From: Vulcanimicrobiota bacterium
Lineage (GTDB): Bacteria; Vulcanimicrobiota; Vulcanimicrobiia; Vulcanimicrobiales; Vulcanimicrobiaceae
DNA: 64,000 nt
Direction: 5' to 3'
Assembly (NCBI GenBank): GCA_963795855.1
Contig: CAWCIZ010000003.1
Coordinates: 160,001 to 224,000, forward strand
The notes beneath the pieces were generated by a model, which saw only the letters and a list, made by a program, of their open reading frames with translations, was not told where the DNA came from and searched no databases. Each line of letters begins with the position of its first letter. The first letter of the stretch is position 1. Below, one piece after another: positions 1 to 11,600 of this stretch. Position numbers and translations under genes: made by a program.

Positions 1-1806
1 ACCAAATGATGGCTGAACGTAAACGCGAAGTGCACGCGTCCCACTTCCCGCACGAGGCTGCGGCCGAGCAATTCGCTTACGCCATCGAGGACGACGTTTT
101 CGGGTAAGCCGGAAATTTCACGCAAAAGATCGGCATCGAACGTTGCGCCGATGACGCTGGCAATTTCACCGATTTTGCGCGCGTTCTCCGAGGCGCGCCC
201 CGTGCGGACCTCGATCATCGTTTTCAAAAACCGCGACGATGCTTCGCGAATTCCGGTTTCAGCGTTCTCTCGCAGCAACTCGACCGCAAACAGCGGGTTT
301 CCGCCACTGACGGCATGCACGTGCGACCCGATCGACTCGGCATCCGCGGCTAGGCTCGGAATGCTCCGTGCGAGTTCGCAGACGTCGCCGCCGGAAAGGC
401 CGCCCAGCGAGAGATGATTGGCGACATTCTCGAGTTGGAGTTTGCGGCGCAGAGGTTGAATAGTTGGGCGACTTCTCCGTCCTCGTTTCGATACGTCGCG
501 ACGATCAGCGCGGGAAATGCCGCAACGCGGCGCGCGAGATACTCCAGTGCGAATAGCGTGGCTTCTCCCGCCCATTGCAGGTCTTCCAAGACTACCAAGA
601 GCGGGCGTTGACGTGAGAGCCCCTGCACGACCGCCGTTAAACCTTCCAGCAGACGCGAGCGCTCGCGAGCCGCATCGATCGTCGGCAGGGACGGAAGGTC
701 GGTTCGCTGCAGCGCGACTTCCGGGAACTACTGCTGCAACTGCAGCCAGCCAAATGGGCCGCACGTCGAGCAAGGATAAAAGCGGCAACGCATCCCGCAA
801 CGCCTCGACGAGCGGTTGGTACGGCACTTGTTCCGGAGACGACGTCGTCCCGCGCAGAACGCGTCCGCCTTGGGTGTTTACCAGCAACGCAAGTTCGTTG
901 GATAGCCGCGTCTTTCCGATTCCGGCCTCGCCGCCGATCAGCACGACTTTGCCGTGCCCTTGCGCGGCGGAATCTCCATGCCTGCGCGAGCTGCTGCAAC
1001 TCGTCAGACCGTCCGACGAACGGAAAGACGCTTGCCGGGAACGCCGTATCGACGGACCGGCGTTCCGCTGCGTCGGGCAACGCGCTTCCGCGCAGCATCA
1101 GCGCTCGGAGCGCGAGGGTTTCCGGCATCAGTTCCACGTTCATTTCGGCGGCGAGCCGGCGAGCAAAGGCGTCTATCGCGCGCAGCGCACCCGCGCGATC
1201 GCCGCTTTCGTAGCGGATGGAGGCGAGTTGGCGGAGCACGTCCTCACGCCACTGATCGTTCGCGAGTATTCGCTCGGCGTAATTCGTCGCGAGCGCAAAG
1301 TCTCTGCGGCTGCGCGCGCGGAACAGCAGGCGCTGAAGCGTATCGACGTATTGGCCGCGAACGCGCTCGCGAATCGGCGCGATCCAATCGTCGTACACGG
1401 ACAGGGCGAGATCGCCCTCGTAGAAATCCACCGCCTCCGTCCAGCGCGCTTCATCGGCAACGCACCGTTCGAAGTCGTCGACGTCGATCCACGCGCCGGC
1501 GTCCTCGTTCCACCAAATAACGTCTTCCTGGGATCCGACGTACGGGTGCGCGGACGCGGGCAGCGCCGAACCGAGCTGATGCAAGTGACGCCGGAGCTTG
1601 CCGCGAGCTTCAGCCTCGCTGTCGTCCGGCCAGAGCGTGAAAGCGACGAGGTCCCGCGTCAAATGCGCGCGGCGGTGCATCAGTAGGAAAACCAGCAGCA
1701 CCAAGGCGCGCGGGCGCGCACGAAACGCAAAGGGCTCGCCGCCATAGTAAAACCGCGGCTGACCGAGGAGATGGATGCGAAGCCCGGTGCGAGCGGCGTC
1801 GTCCAT
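1..1806 (-). CDS. SARP/BTAD-domain transcriptional regulator fused to an AAA (STAND-type) ATPase; frameshifted; runs off the left edge
   Basis: N-terminus LRIHLLGQP...TRDLVAFTLWPDDSEAEARGKLRRHL and BTAD segment (DVDDFE...WREDVLRQL). After FVGRSDEL a frame switch near 975 gives Walker A GEAGIGKT; Walker B LVVLEDLQWA lies in ORF 350-628. Confidence 0.85.
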
Positions 1807-2103
1807 AAGCACTCCAGCGACAGGCCCTGGCAAGAGAGCGGCGGCTCGCCATCTACTCTTTGCCCGCCTTGCCTTTAGTATATGGCAATTCGCGTCGAGG
1901 GATAAGAGCGGACTGCCCTATGTCGACTTCGCGAATGTGCGATCGAGCCGAAGATTTAGGTTCGCCACTTCCCCATCCGGCGCGATCGCGTAGCGCCCCC
2001 GGCGGCCCCCTAAAGGCGCTTCGCAGCAATATTCTGTTACAGTGAACGATATTTCGGCATCCTTGCCGAGGAACTACGCCTCGCCGCAGGTAACGACCCT
2101 GCA

Positions 2104-3441
2104 GTGAGCACGCCTCGGCTGGCCAAACGTCTGGGCTCCTTCGATGCCACGCTTATCGTGATGGGCGGAATCATCGCGTCCGGCATCTTCATGACGCCGT
2201 CCGTAGTCGCGCAGCGCCTCCACTCCACGAACCTCATCGTATTCGCATGGCTGCTCGGCGGCGTGGTTGCGCTCATCGGCGCGTTCGTGTACGCCGAATT
2301 GGCGGCGCGCCGTCCGGATGTCGGCGGCATGTACGGATATTTGCGCGACGCATTCCACCCCGGGCTCGCCTTCATGTCGGGGTGGACGGCGCTGCTCGTC
2401 AGTCAGAGCGGCGCGATTGCCGCTGTTTCCGTCACGTTTGGAACGTACGCGCATCTGTGGTTCCCCGTCGATCCCAGAATTTTGGCCGTCGCCGCGATCC
2501 TTGCGACCGGAATCATCAACTGCTTCGGCGTGCGCGAGGGCGTGGTGACGCAGAACGTAATGATGATTCTGAAGATCGGCGCGATCGCGATCATCATCGG
2601 CGCCGGTTTCTTCGGCCCCGTGGCAGCGCATCACGTGGCGCTTCCCGCCTACACCGGGACGCTCGGCATTCTTGCCGCGCTCGGAGCGGCGCTGATTCCG
2701 GTGTTCTATTCGTACGACGGTTGGCAAACCGCGCCGTTCATGGACCGCGAGATGAAAGACTCGCAGCGCTCCATGCCGTTCGGATTGGTGTTCGGCGTGA
2801 TTGGCGTCGTCGTTTTATATCTTGCCGTGACGCTCGGCGGCCTACGAATGCTTGGCGCCGGCGGCCTTGCCCACAGCGCGACTCCCGCGAGCGACATGGT
2901 CAAGATGGTGGTCGGACGCGCCGGCGAAGGAATCGTCGCCGCATTCATCGCGCTCTCGACGCTCGGGTTTTTAGGCAACATGGCGCTGACGATTCCGCGG
3001 TTGTATTACACGATGGCGCGCGATGGATTATTTTTCCGGCAACTCGCCTATCTGCATCCGAAAACGAAGGCGCCCATCGTCGCGATTGCGCTGCAGTGCG
3101 TGGTTTCCAGCGCAATCGTCGGGTGGGGCAATTACCAGCGCATACTCAACTACGTCACGCCGATGGATTTTCTATACATGACCTTGGCGGCCGCCGCCGT
3201 TTTCATTTTTCGGCGGCGCGATGCGCGCACCCACTCGCTGGGGCTGCGGATCCCCGGGCATCCGTGGAGCACGCTGTTTTTCGCCGGCGTATGCACCGTT
3301 TTCGTGATCAACGCATACGTCGCGTTTCCCGGCGACTCGCTCGTCGGGTTGGCGATTTTCCTTTCCGGCGCCCCAATCTATCTGCTCTGGCGCAGCAAAG
3401 CATCGAACAGGAAGGACCATGCGGAGTACTCATTACCGTAA
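2104..3441 (+). CDS. APC-family amino acid permease
   Basis: About 12 hydrophobic segments; GGIIASGIFMTP, YAELAA, GGMYGYLRDAF and FYSYDGW motifs. Confidence 0.9.
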   Translation: MSTPRLAKRLGSFDATLIVMGGIIASGIFMTPSVVAQRLHSTNLIVFAWLLGGVVALIGAFVYAELAARRPDVGGMYGYLRDAFHPGLAFMSGWTALLVSQSGAIAAVSVTFGTYAHLWFPVDPRILAVAAILATGIINCFGVREGVVTQNVMMILKIGAIAIIIGAGFFGPVAAHHVALPAYTGTLGILAALGAALIPVFYSYDGWQTAPFMDREMKDSQRSMPFGLVFGVIGVVVLYLAVTLGGLRMLGAGGLAHSATPASDMVKMVVGRAGEGIVAAFIALSTLGFLGNMALTIPRLYYTMARDGLFFRQLAYLHPKTKAPIVAIALQCVVSSAIVGWGNYQRILNYVTPMDFLYMTLAAAAVFIFRRRDARTHSLGLRIPGHPWSTLFFAGVCTVFVINAYVAFPGDSLVGLAIFLSGAPIYLLWRSKASNRKDHAEYSLP

Positions 3442-5171
3442 AACCGCCGCCGCCGTCTTAGCCGCGGCTGCGTGCCTCTTCACCATGCCGGCGACGGCGG
3501 CGCAGCCACCCAGTGTGGACGACGCGATTAAGTTGATCGAGACGTATGCGCCCCAGGCACTGCAGGAGCAGGGCGCGCCGGGAATGTCGGTGGCGATCAC
3601 CGATCGGCATCACACCCTGCGCATCATCACGGTCGGCTATGCGAATCTCGAGGCGAAGACGCCGGTTACGAGCACTACGCGCTTTCCGGTTGGTTCCATC
3701 ACGAAGGGAATGACGGCACTCTCGCTTTTGGAGTTGCGGGACGAAGGGAAATTCGACCCGGCAAAACCGATAAGTACTTATCTGCCGTGGTTCTCGATAA
3801 ACTCGCACGGAAAGACGGTTTATGCGCATCAACTGCTTTCGCATACCGCGCGGATTCCCGGACGACTACTCGATCGCGCCGGGATATTTGTACACGGTAG
3901 CGGCTCTTCGCAACGCGCATACGATTTTCAATCCGGGCACGAGTTGGTCGTATTCGAACGACGGTCTGGCGACCATCGGCTCCGTTCAAGCGGCGCTCGA
4001 CGGCAAACCGTGGGCCGATTCGCTGCAGTCGCGAGTGTTCGATACGCTCGGCATGTCCCATAGCAGTCCCGTGTTCACGCCCGAAACGCTTTCGGACGCA
4101 GCGTACGGCTACGTTTTCGAAGACACGAATCTGATGACGCCGCCGAATCCGCAATTGATGTACTCGCTTCCCGGCGACTACATCGATCCTGCCGGCTCCG
4201 TGATTTCGACGCCCGAAGACATGGCCAAGTACATGCGCCTCATTCTGAATCAGGGCGTGGATGACGCGGGCAAACGCGTTCTTTCTCCGTCGAGTTACGC
4301 GCTTTGGACGACGCCGGACTCGACCAACGGAAAAGTCGCCGGAGAGACGAGCCCCGAGCTTGCCGAAGCGCCACGCCTTTACGAGCATTATGCGTTCGGA
4401 TTGGCCGTTCACGATGAAAACGGCGACAAGATCGTCGGGCATACCGGCGGCATCGCCGGCTACTCGGCGTGCATGGAAAACGACGTAACGCGCGGCTTCG
4501 GCGTTATCGCGTTTTCAAATTTGGTGGAGGCGCCGCTTCACCCGTGCGCTATCGTGCTGTATGCGATCAAGGTCCTTCAGGCGCAAAGTGCAGGAACGCC
4601 GCTCCCACCGGTACCTGCGCCTATCGGCAACTATTTGCAGCGCACAACCGTGTCGAACGCCGCGCAGTATGCCGGCACATATACCGCAACCGACGGTTCG
4701 AAACTCGTGGTTACCGCAGACGGCTCGACGCTTCGCGTGGCAACGCCGCAAGGCTCGAAAGTGCTGTATCCGCGCGGCGGAACGACATTCTACGTGGACG
4801 ACCCGCGGTTCGCGGTGTACGGTCTCACGTTCGCGCGCGGCGGCAAATCCGGTTCGATGGACGAAATTACGTCGGGCGCGCAGTGGTTTACGACCGGCGC
4901 TTATAGCGGAGCGCGCACGTTTACGTATCCGCGTGGCTGGAACGCCTTGGTCGGACGCTACGAGAGTTTGGGTGTGTGGGGCGTCGCCGCAGCCAGCCGG
5001 GTATTCGTTTTGAAGGGTCGACTGATGCTCGACGGCGCGCCGCTTACCCCGCACAACGACGGCACGTTCTCACTGGGGCAGACGACGGTGCGCTTCGACA
5101 CGCTGGCTGCCGGAAAAATGCAGCGGCTGCACGAGGATGGATTCGATCTCTATCGTATCGACTTGCCCTAA
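3419..5171 (+). CDS. Secreted serine hydrolase, beta-lactamase/D-peptidase family; one frameshift near 3850
   Basis: Signal peptide; SxxK (GSITKG), LLSHT, YxN (YSN) and GHTGG motifs split over ORFs 3419-4063 and 3822-5171. Confidence 0.88.
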
Positions 5172-5195
5172 ACACGGTAGAGTAAGGAGTAGAGC

Positions 5196-5516
5196 ATGAT
5201 CGTTGCCACGACCGAATCGATCGCCGGATACAAGACCGTTCAGACGCTAGGTCAAGTCTTCGGCGTCGTCGTTCGCAGCCGCGGCTTGGGCGGAAATATC
5301 ATGGCATCGCTGCGCTCGCTGGTCGGCGGCGAAATTTCCGAGTATACGCAACTGCTCGAGGAAGCGCGCCGCCACGCGGTCGATCGACTCGTTCAAAACG
5401 CTCAAGCAATGGGTGCGGACGGCATCACGATGATGCGTTACGACTCCTCGGAGATCGGAACGACCATGAGCGAGATCGTCGCATACGGCACGGCAGTCAA
5501 ACTGGAGCCGGTATGA
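5196..5516 (+). CDS. YbjQ/UPF0145 family protein
   Basis: MIVATTESIAG...GGEISEYTQLLEEAR...AYGTAV family signature; RBS AAGGAG upstream. Confidence 0.92.
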   Translation: MIVATTESIAGYKTVQTLGQVFGVVVRSRGLGGNIMASLRSLVGGEISEYTQLLEEARRHAVDRLVQNAQAMGADGITMMRYDSSEIGTTMSEIVAYGTAVKLEPV

Positions 5517-5806
5517 TCGTGCGCGTTCTCGTTGCACTGATCGGCCTGGGGCTCATTGGTGGAGGCGTGTATTTGATAATAGCCGCGCCGCCGAAGATCT
5601 TCGTCCCAGGTGCCGTCGACATCGTGGTCGGCATTCTCATCTTCGGCGGACTCTTTTTCGAGCCGCACTACCGCGGCCGCGTATCGCGAACCGGCGGAAA
5701 TTGGCAGCCGACGGGCGAGAAGTTCATCGATCCCGGCACGGGAAAGCTCGTCGAAGTCGACTACGATCCGCAAACGGGCGAGCGGGAATATCGCGACGCC
5801 GAATGA
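5513..5806 (+). CDS. Small hypothetical membrane protein (2 TM plus C-terminal beta-hairpin region)
   Basis: ATGA overlap with ybjQ-like gene; two hydrophobic helices, then WQPTGEKFIDPGTGKLVEVDYDPQTGEREY. Confidence 0.75.
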   Translation: MIVRVLVALIGLGLIGGGVYLIIAAPPKIFVPGAVDIVVGILIFGGLFFEPHYRGRVSRTGGNWQPTGEKFIDPGTGKLVEVDYDPQTGEREYRDAE

Positions 5807-5833
5807 CGCCGGCGTGCGCCGTGCGCACCCGGT

Positions 5834-7986
5834 TCAGCGGCCGGCACAGGCTGCCGCAGTCAAATGGCGCTGCAAATAATCGACGGTCGCCGCATCTACT
5901 TGCAAGAACGTCGCGTGCCGCAAGAATCCGTGTATCTCGTTGGGAATCACGACCTCGCTGTAAGGCACGTGCCGGAGATCCAGCCGGCGCGCGAGATCGA
6001 CGGTTTGGTGGAAACGCACGTTGTGATCGTCGTCGCCCTGTACCAGCAGAACCGGCGATTTCCACGTCGCTATTGCCGCATCCGGAGATGATTCCCAAGC
6101 GACGCGGCGCTCTTCTTTGATATTCGGCATTTCGTAACGCGCCGGCGGATCCGGCAGGTCTTCCGCGGTCGACCAGTCATGCACGCCGTGCCAATCGACG
6201 CCGGTACAAAAACGATCGGAGTTGCGGGCAAGTGCAAGCGCGGTAAGATACCCGCCGTAAGAGCCGCCCCAAATGCCGATGCGCCGCCCGTCCACTGCAG
6301 CGTCGCGCCGCAGAAAAGCGTTGCCCGCGAGCACATCCTTGTATTCGGAAGCGCCGGTCGGGCCCCAATGCGCCGGGTGCGAATAGTCGTGCCCGTAGCC
6401 GATGCTCAATCGGTAATTGACCGAAAGCACCACGAAGCCGTGATTTGCCAAGTACTGATTTACCGCGTATCCGTTGGTGTAGTAGTCCATGTAGTGCCAC
6501 GTCGTGAGCATCTGGCGCGGCGGACCGCCGTGCACGAAAATCACCGCGGGTTTTTTCGCCGACGTATCGTTTTTCGCGAATAACTGCCCGTGTACGAGTA
6601 AGCCGTCCGAGGCGCGAAACGTCACGCTCTTTGGCACGACGAGTTGCGAAACCGGAAAATCCGCAGGCAACCGATCGCGATCCAATGCACGCCACGAAGC
6701 GTTCGCGAGCGCGCCTGCCGTAACGAGCGGCGGTTCTTTCGCACCGGCCTGAACGAACGCGACCATGCGCCCTTCATCCGTGACGACGGGATTCCACTCG
6801 CTCGACGCGCCGCGCGTCACCTCGCTGACGCGCCCGTTCTGCACGTCGACGCGGAAGAGGTGGCGCCGCTCGAAGTCGCCGGGCGTTTTGCCCGTATTCG
6901 CAGAGTAAATCAACCACTTGCCGTCCGGTGAAATCCCGGTATCTTCCACCATGAACGCACCCGGCGTCAGCAAATGCGCCGGGCCGGGGCGATTCGCGGA
7001 GACGTCGTAAACGTGCGGCCAGCCGTCGGCCGCGGAAACGAACGTAAGCCGGTTTCCGGCGCCCCAACGCAAACTGGGATCGAACGTATCCGGGAAAGAG
7101 TCGCGCAGCGTAGAGCCGCTTTGCCACACGCGCTGCGCACTCGCCGTGCGTGCGTCGGCAACCCAAACCGCCCACGGCGTGACATTCCAAGCAAGATCCG
7201 AAACCGGCGGCCCGCCGCGAACCCGGAACGCGCAGAAAAGCGATGTGCGTCCCGTCAAACGACCACCGCGGCTCGACGTCTTGCGAGGTCGACGGTTGCA
7301 TGAAGCGCAGCGGCGTGTGCTGATCGCGATACACGCCGATGAAACTGTGATCGGTTCGCGTCGAAACGAAGGCGAGCTCACTGCCGTCCGGAGACCACTG
7401 CAGATCGGAGTCCTGGCCTTCGTCGAAGAACAGGCGGTCCGCTTTTGCGGAGCCGTCGAGCGGCGCCCACGACACCGACTGGTCCGCTGCGAGAAACGCG
7501 ACGCGCCGATTGTCGGGCGAGATCGCCGGCGCGTCGCCGCTGCCGAGCGAAACCGGCTTGCCGCCCGCGAGGGCGACGGACCACACTTCCATTTGTGGTG
7601 GAATCGGACTAAGGCCCGGATCCGGTGGAACGGCGTGCGGGCCAGTTCGAATCGTGATCGCCGCCGCGCACGTACACGAGGTAACGGCCATCTGCGGAAA
7701 TTTTCACGTTGGTGATTTCTTGGCCGTCGTCCGCGGTGTAATCGGTGACCATGCGCGGCGCGTACGATGGCGCCGATGCGACGAAAATGTTGCGGACTCC
7801 GCGTTCGTTCAACACCCACGCGATCGTGCGGTTGTCGGCGCCCGCGATGAGCGACACCGGGTACGGATAACTGAGAATCTGCTGCAATGTGAAAGCGGGC
7901 GACGCGCTTTGCGCTCTGCCGCAGAGCGGAAGCGCGAGCGCCAAGGCGCAACCCGCAATGCAGGCGGCAGCAACACGAATCTTCAC
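5834..7986 (-). CDS. Secreted S9 prolyl oligopeptidase/dipeptidyl aminopeptidase; frameshifts near 7620 and 7220
   Basis: Signal peptide, beta-propeller repeats (ISPDG, WSPDG), HGGP, catalytic GGSYGG, GDDDHNV, EIHGF; split over three ORFs. Confidence 0.9.
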
Positions 7987-8132
7987 CGTTCGCACCTCTC
8001 TAAAACGCAATCCACGCCGTGCGTTCTTGCCGAGGTTGGCCGCTCCTGTCGTGTTCGGCGAAATTTTAAGGGCTGACATCGATATTTCGTCGACGGAGGC
8101 TGCGGCAGGCCGCCGCAGCGAACTACTGATGC

Positions 8133-8744
8133 ATGAACCGATCGCCGAAAAAACCGACGCGAAAGAACGCGGCGCCGGACGGCCGCGCGCCGGCCGAATC
8201 CTCGCTGCCGGATGTGGGCAAAATCCTGCAGCGCCTGCGGGCGCAGCGGAACGTGACGGTCCGCGAACTCGCCGAGCGCAGCGACTTGTCGGAATCGTTC
8301 ATTCGTGCGGTGGAGCGCGGAGAATCCGATATTTCGCTCGGGCGTCTGGCGCGGCTCGCGCGCTTCTTCGAGTACGATCTCGGCTCGTTCTTGGGATTCA
8401 CCACGCAGCTGTCACGCCCGAATTTCGTGCGGAAAGAAAACCGCGCGACCATCAATCGCGGTAAGGGCGTTCGCTATGAAGCGCTGCATCTGCCGGGCAT
8501 CGACTTGGATTTCGTCGTCATCAATTTCGCCGCGCGAACGAGACTCCGCAACGAGTTGACCCACGAAGGCATCGACGTAGTCTACGTGACCGAGGGCGAG
8601 GTCGTCGCGGAAGTCGACGGAGTCGACTACCCCATGGCCGAGGGAGACTGCTGCGTCTTCTCCGCCGCCTACCGGCACCGGATTCGGAATGACTCCGGCC
8701 GCCCCGCGTCGCTGGTTTCGATTACCACGGCCCGGATGTACTAA
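8133..8744 (+). CDS. XRE-family HTH plus cupin regulator (PuuR-like)
   Basis: VGKILQRLR...VRELAERSDLSESFIRAVERG HTH; C-terminal cupin (HEG...VTEGEV...HRIRN). Confidence 0.9.
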   Translation: MNRSPKKPTRKNAAPDGRAPAESSLPDVGKILQRLRAQRNVTVRELAERSDLSESFIRAVERGESDISLGRLARLARFFEYDLGSFLGFTTQLSRPNFVRKENRATINRGKGVRYEALHLPGIDLDFVVINFAARTRLRNELTHEGIDVVYVTEGEVVAEVDGVDYPMAEGDCCVFSAAYRHRIRNDSGRPASLVSITTARMY

Positions 8745-8780
8745 GGCGGAATATCGCTCGCGCCGACGAAATTTAGTCGG

Positions 8781-10468
8781 ATGCGATTGAGAACGCGGGC
8801 GGGCGCGGCGGCTTTGGGCTTGCTGGTGAGCCTGCTCGCCGGATGCGCGGCACCCGCAGGCCGGCCGAACGCTTCGCAATCGAACACGCTCGTCGTCGCC
8901 CTTCCGCAAGAGCCGGTTTCGTTGAACCCGCTGCTTCTTGAGGGGCCGATCGCGTACGCCATCGGAGATTTGCTCTACTCGTATCTGACGAATTACGATT
9001 CCGAAGGCAACATGGTGCCCGCAGTCGCGGTGCGCGTACCGACCACGCAAAACGGCGGCGTTTCGGCCGACGGCAAGCGCGTAACGTTTCATCTGCGCCA
9101 TGACGTGCGATGGCAGGACGGCGTGCCGCTTACCGCTCGCGACGTTGCGTTCACTTATCGCGCGATCATGAATCCGGCAAACGACATCCCGACTCGATAT
9201 GGATACGATGCAGTCGCGTCCGTTACCGTCCCGGATCCGTATACGGTCGTCGTGCGCCTCAAGCGTCCCCTCTCGCCCATCGTTCCATTCTTTTTCGGCG
9301 GCGACAGCAATTACCCAATCATGCCCGAGCATCTGTTGGGTCGTTATTCCAGCATCAACGATGCGCCGTTCAGCGTCGCACCCATCGGATCCGGACCGTA
9401 CGAATTCGTCAAGTGGCAGCATGGAGATCGACTGATTCTGGCGGCAAATCCGCGATATTACGGCGGCAAACCGCGCCTTGCGCGCATGGTGCTGCCGTTC
9501 ATCCACGATCCTGCGACGACGATCAACGAGTTGCAGACGGGCGAGATAGGCGCCGCGTTTTCGCTGGACGCCTCGCGCATCTCGGCGCTGCAGGGCACGC
9601 CGCGCCATCGCATCGTCGTCACGCCCATTCCCTATTTTTTCGCGATGGCGTTCAACACGTCGGTGCCCGCCTTGCGCGACCCGAGCGTACGTCGCGCACT
9701 CGCGATGGCGATCGACCGGGACACGATCGTACGCAAGGTGAGCCATGGCCTGTATGACGCGCATACCGGCATGCGCGGTGTATTCACGTGGGCGTTCGAT
9801 CCGCAAGCGGACACGCTGCGTTACGATCCCGCTGCCGCACAAAAGATGCTGGCGCGCGCCGGATGGTCGCCGCATGGCAAGCGCCTTCAGCTCGATTGTC
9901 GTTCCCCGTTGGATCGGAAATCACCGCGCAACTCGCAACGGAAATTGCAGCCGCGGAAAGCGCGATTGGAGTGGACGTTTCGCTCAAGCGGTATTCCCGC
10001 GAAGTGTACATGGCCGACGACGGACCCGTGATGCAGGGGCGTTTTCAACTGCAACTCTACGACTACCATGCCGATTACGATCCGGACGCGTCGTGGCTGC
10101 TCAGCTGCGACCAACGCAGCCCCGCGGGCTTCAACGACGCGCGCTATTGCAATGCCGCCGTCGACCGAGCGTTGAACGGCGCCGCCGCGTCGTTCGATCG
10201 AGCGGTTCGCATACGCCTATACCAAGCCGTGCAGCGGCAAATAGCGCAGGACATGCCATACTTTTTCATTTGCCAAGGCAGCGAGATCGACGTCGTGCCC
10301 GACCGGCTCGAAAACTATGCGAGGCCCTTGCTTTCACCGTTCGGCTCAGCGGCGGAGTGGTCGCTTTCGGGCGGAAGGGTCGGCCGCGAGCGCCGTATAA
10401 CGTTGCCGCATCGACAAAAAACTGTCGTGACCAGCAGAATTTCGTTACATACGCCGAAGGGTGCCTGA
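8781..10468 (+). CDS. Peptide ABC transporter substrate-binding lipoprotein (family 5); frameshift near 9900; 3' end uncertain
   Basis: Lipobox LLAGC; FHLRHDVRWQDGVPLTARDVAFTY, PIGSGPYEF, VRRALAMAIDR motifs. Confidence 0.88.
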
Positions 10469-10469
10469 A

Positions 10470-11600
10470 ATGCCGAACCCCGAGAAGCCGAGCCGCCGGT
10501 ACGTAATCTTGACCGAAGGGTTTCTTACCGATCCGATGTCCGGCAAAACCGCTCACGGCGTCATCCGCTTTCGGCCGGAGGAAACGGCGGTCGTTCTCGA
10601 TTCGCGATATGCGGGGAAACGCGTCTGCGACGTTATTGCACTTCCGAGCACTGCCCCTATCGTCGCGACGCTGGCCGAGGCAATGGAGACGAAGCCGACG
10701 TCGCTTCTCATCGGCGTAGCGACCGTCGGCGGAAAGTTACCGCCCGCGCTCCGTAAGACGGTACTGGAGGCCATCGACGCCGGACTCGAAATCGTCAACG
10801 GACTTCACGAATTTCTCGTAGACGATCCCGAGTTCGCAGCTCGCGCGGCAAAAAGCGGTGCGCGCCTGTGGGACGTGCGGCGCGTCGGCTCGACGCCGAT
10901 TTTCAGCGGCGCCGCGTACGAGGCTCCGCAGAAAGTCGTGCTGGCCGTAGGCAGCGACTGCTGCGTCGGCAAGATGACGGCAATGCTCGAGGTGGAACGC
11001 GCCGCGCACGGCGCCGGAACGCGCGCCCAGTTCATCGCAACGGGTCAAACCGGCATCGTTATCGCGGGTTCCGGCACCTGCGTCGATCGGGTCATTTCCG
11101 ATTTCGTCACGGGCGCGGCCGAGCAGCTGGTTCTCGGCGCTTCGCCCGATAGCGACGTTCTTCTGGTCGAGGGACAAGGATCGATTTTCCATCCCGCGTA
11201 CGCGCCGGTGACGTTTGGTTTGCTGTACGGCTGCGCACCCGATGCGCTCGTTCTCTGCCATCGGCCGGGAACCGACGTGATCGATGGTTTTCAGAACGAA
11301 ATCCCGAGTTTGTCCGTCCTCGTCCAAGCGCACGAACTCATGCTGGCACACGTGAAGCCCGCACGCGTGGCGGCTATCGTACTCGACACGTCGGCTTTGA
11401 ACGACGAAGCGGCCGCAAAAGCAATCTCCGACGCTGAAAAGAACACGGGTCTGCCGGCGGACGACCCGGTTCGCAGCGGCGGTCTAAAGATTTGGACTGC
11501 AATTGCGAGCGCGCTCGAGCATACCGCTAAATCCGACGGGCGTGGAACAGCCGCTCAAAAAGCCAGATATGCGTCGTTGGCAACCTCACCCAAGACCTGA
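10470..11600 (+). CDS. DUF1611 family P-loop protein (DgcN-like D-glutamate N-acetyltransferase family)
   Basis: GKTAHGVIRF, NGLHEFL, GSDCCVGKMT, ATGQTGI, VEGQGSIFHPAY and LLYGCAPDALVLCH are typical DUF1611 motifs. Confidence 0.88.
   Translation: MPNPEKPSRRYVILTEGFLTDPMSGKTAHGVIRFRPEETAVVLDSRYAGKRVCDVIALPSTAPIVATLAEAMETKPTSLLIGVATVGGKLPPALRKTVLEAIDAGLEIVNGLHEFLVDDPEFAARAAKSGARLWDVRRVGSTPIFSGAAYEAPQKVVLAVGSDCCVGKMTAMLEVERAAHGAGTRAQFIATGQTGIVIAGSGTCVDRVISDFVTGAAEQLVLGASPDSDVLLVEGQGSIFHPAYAPVTFGLLYGCAPDALVLCHRPGTDVIDGFQNEIPSLSVLVQAHELMLAHVKPARVAAIVLDTSALNDEAAAKAISDAEKNTGLPADDPVRSGGLKIWTAIASALEHTAKSDGRGTAAQKARYASLATSPKT

Noticed and set aside
3419..5171. Antibiotic-resistance beta-lactamase
   Set aside because: The family motifs are shared with D-peptidases and esterases; its length, C-terminal extension and peptidase-rich context argue against a resistance call from sequence alone.
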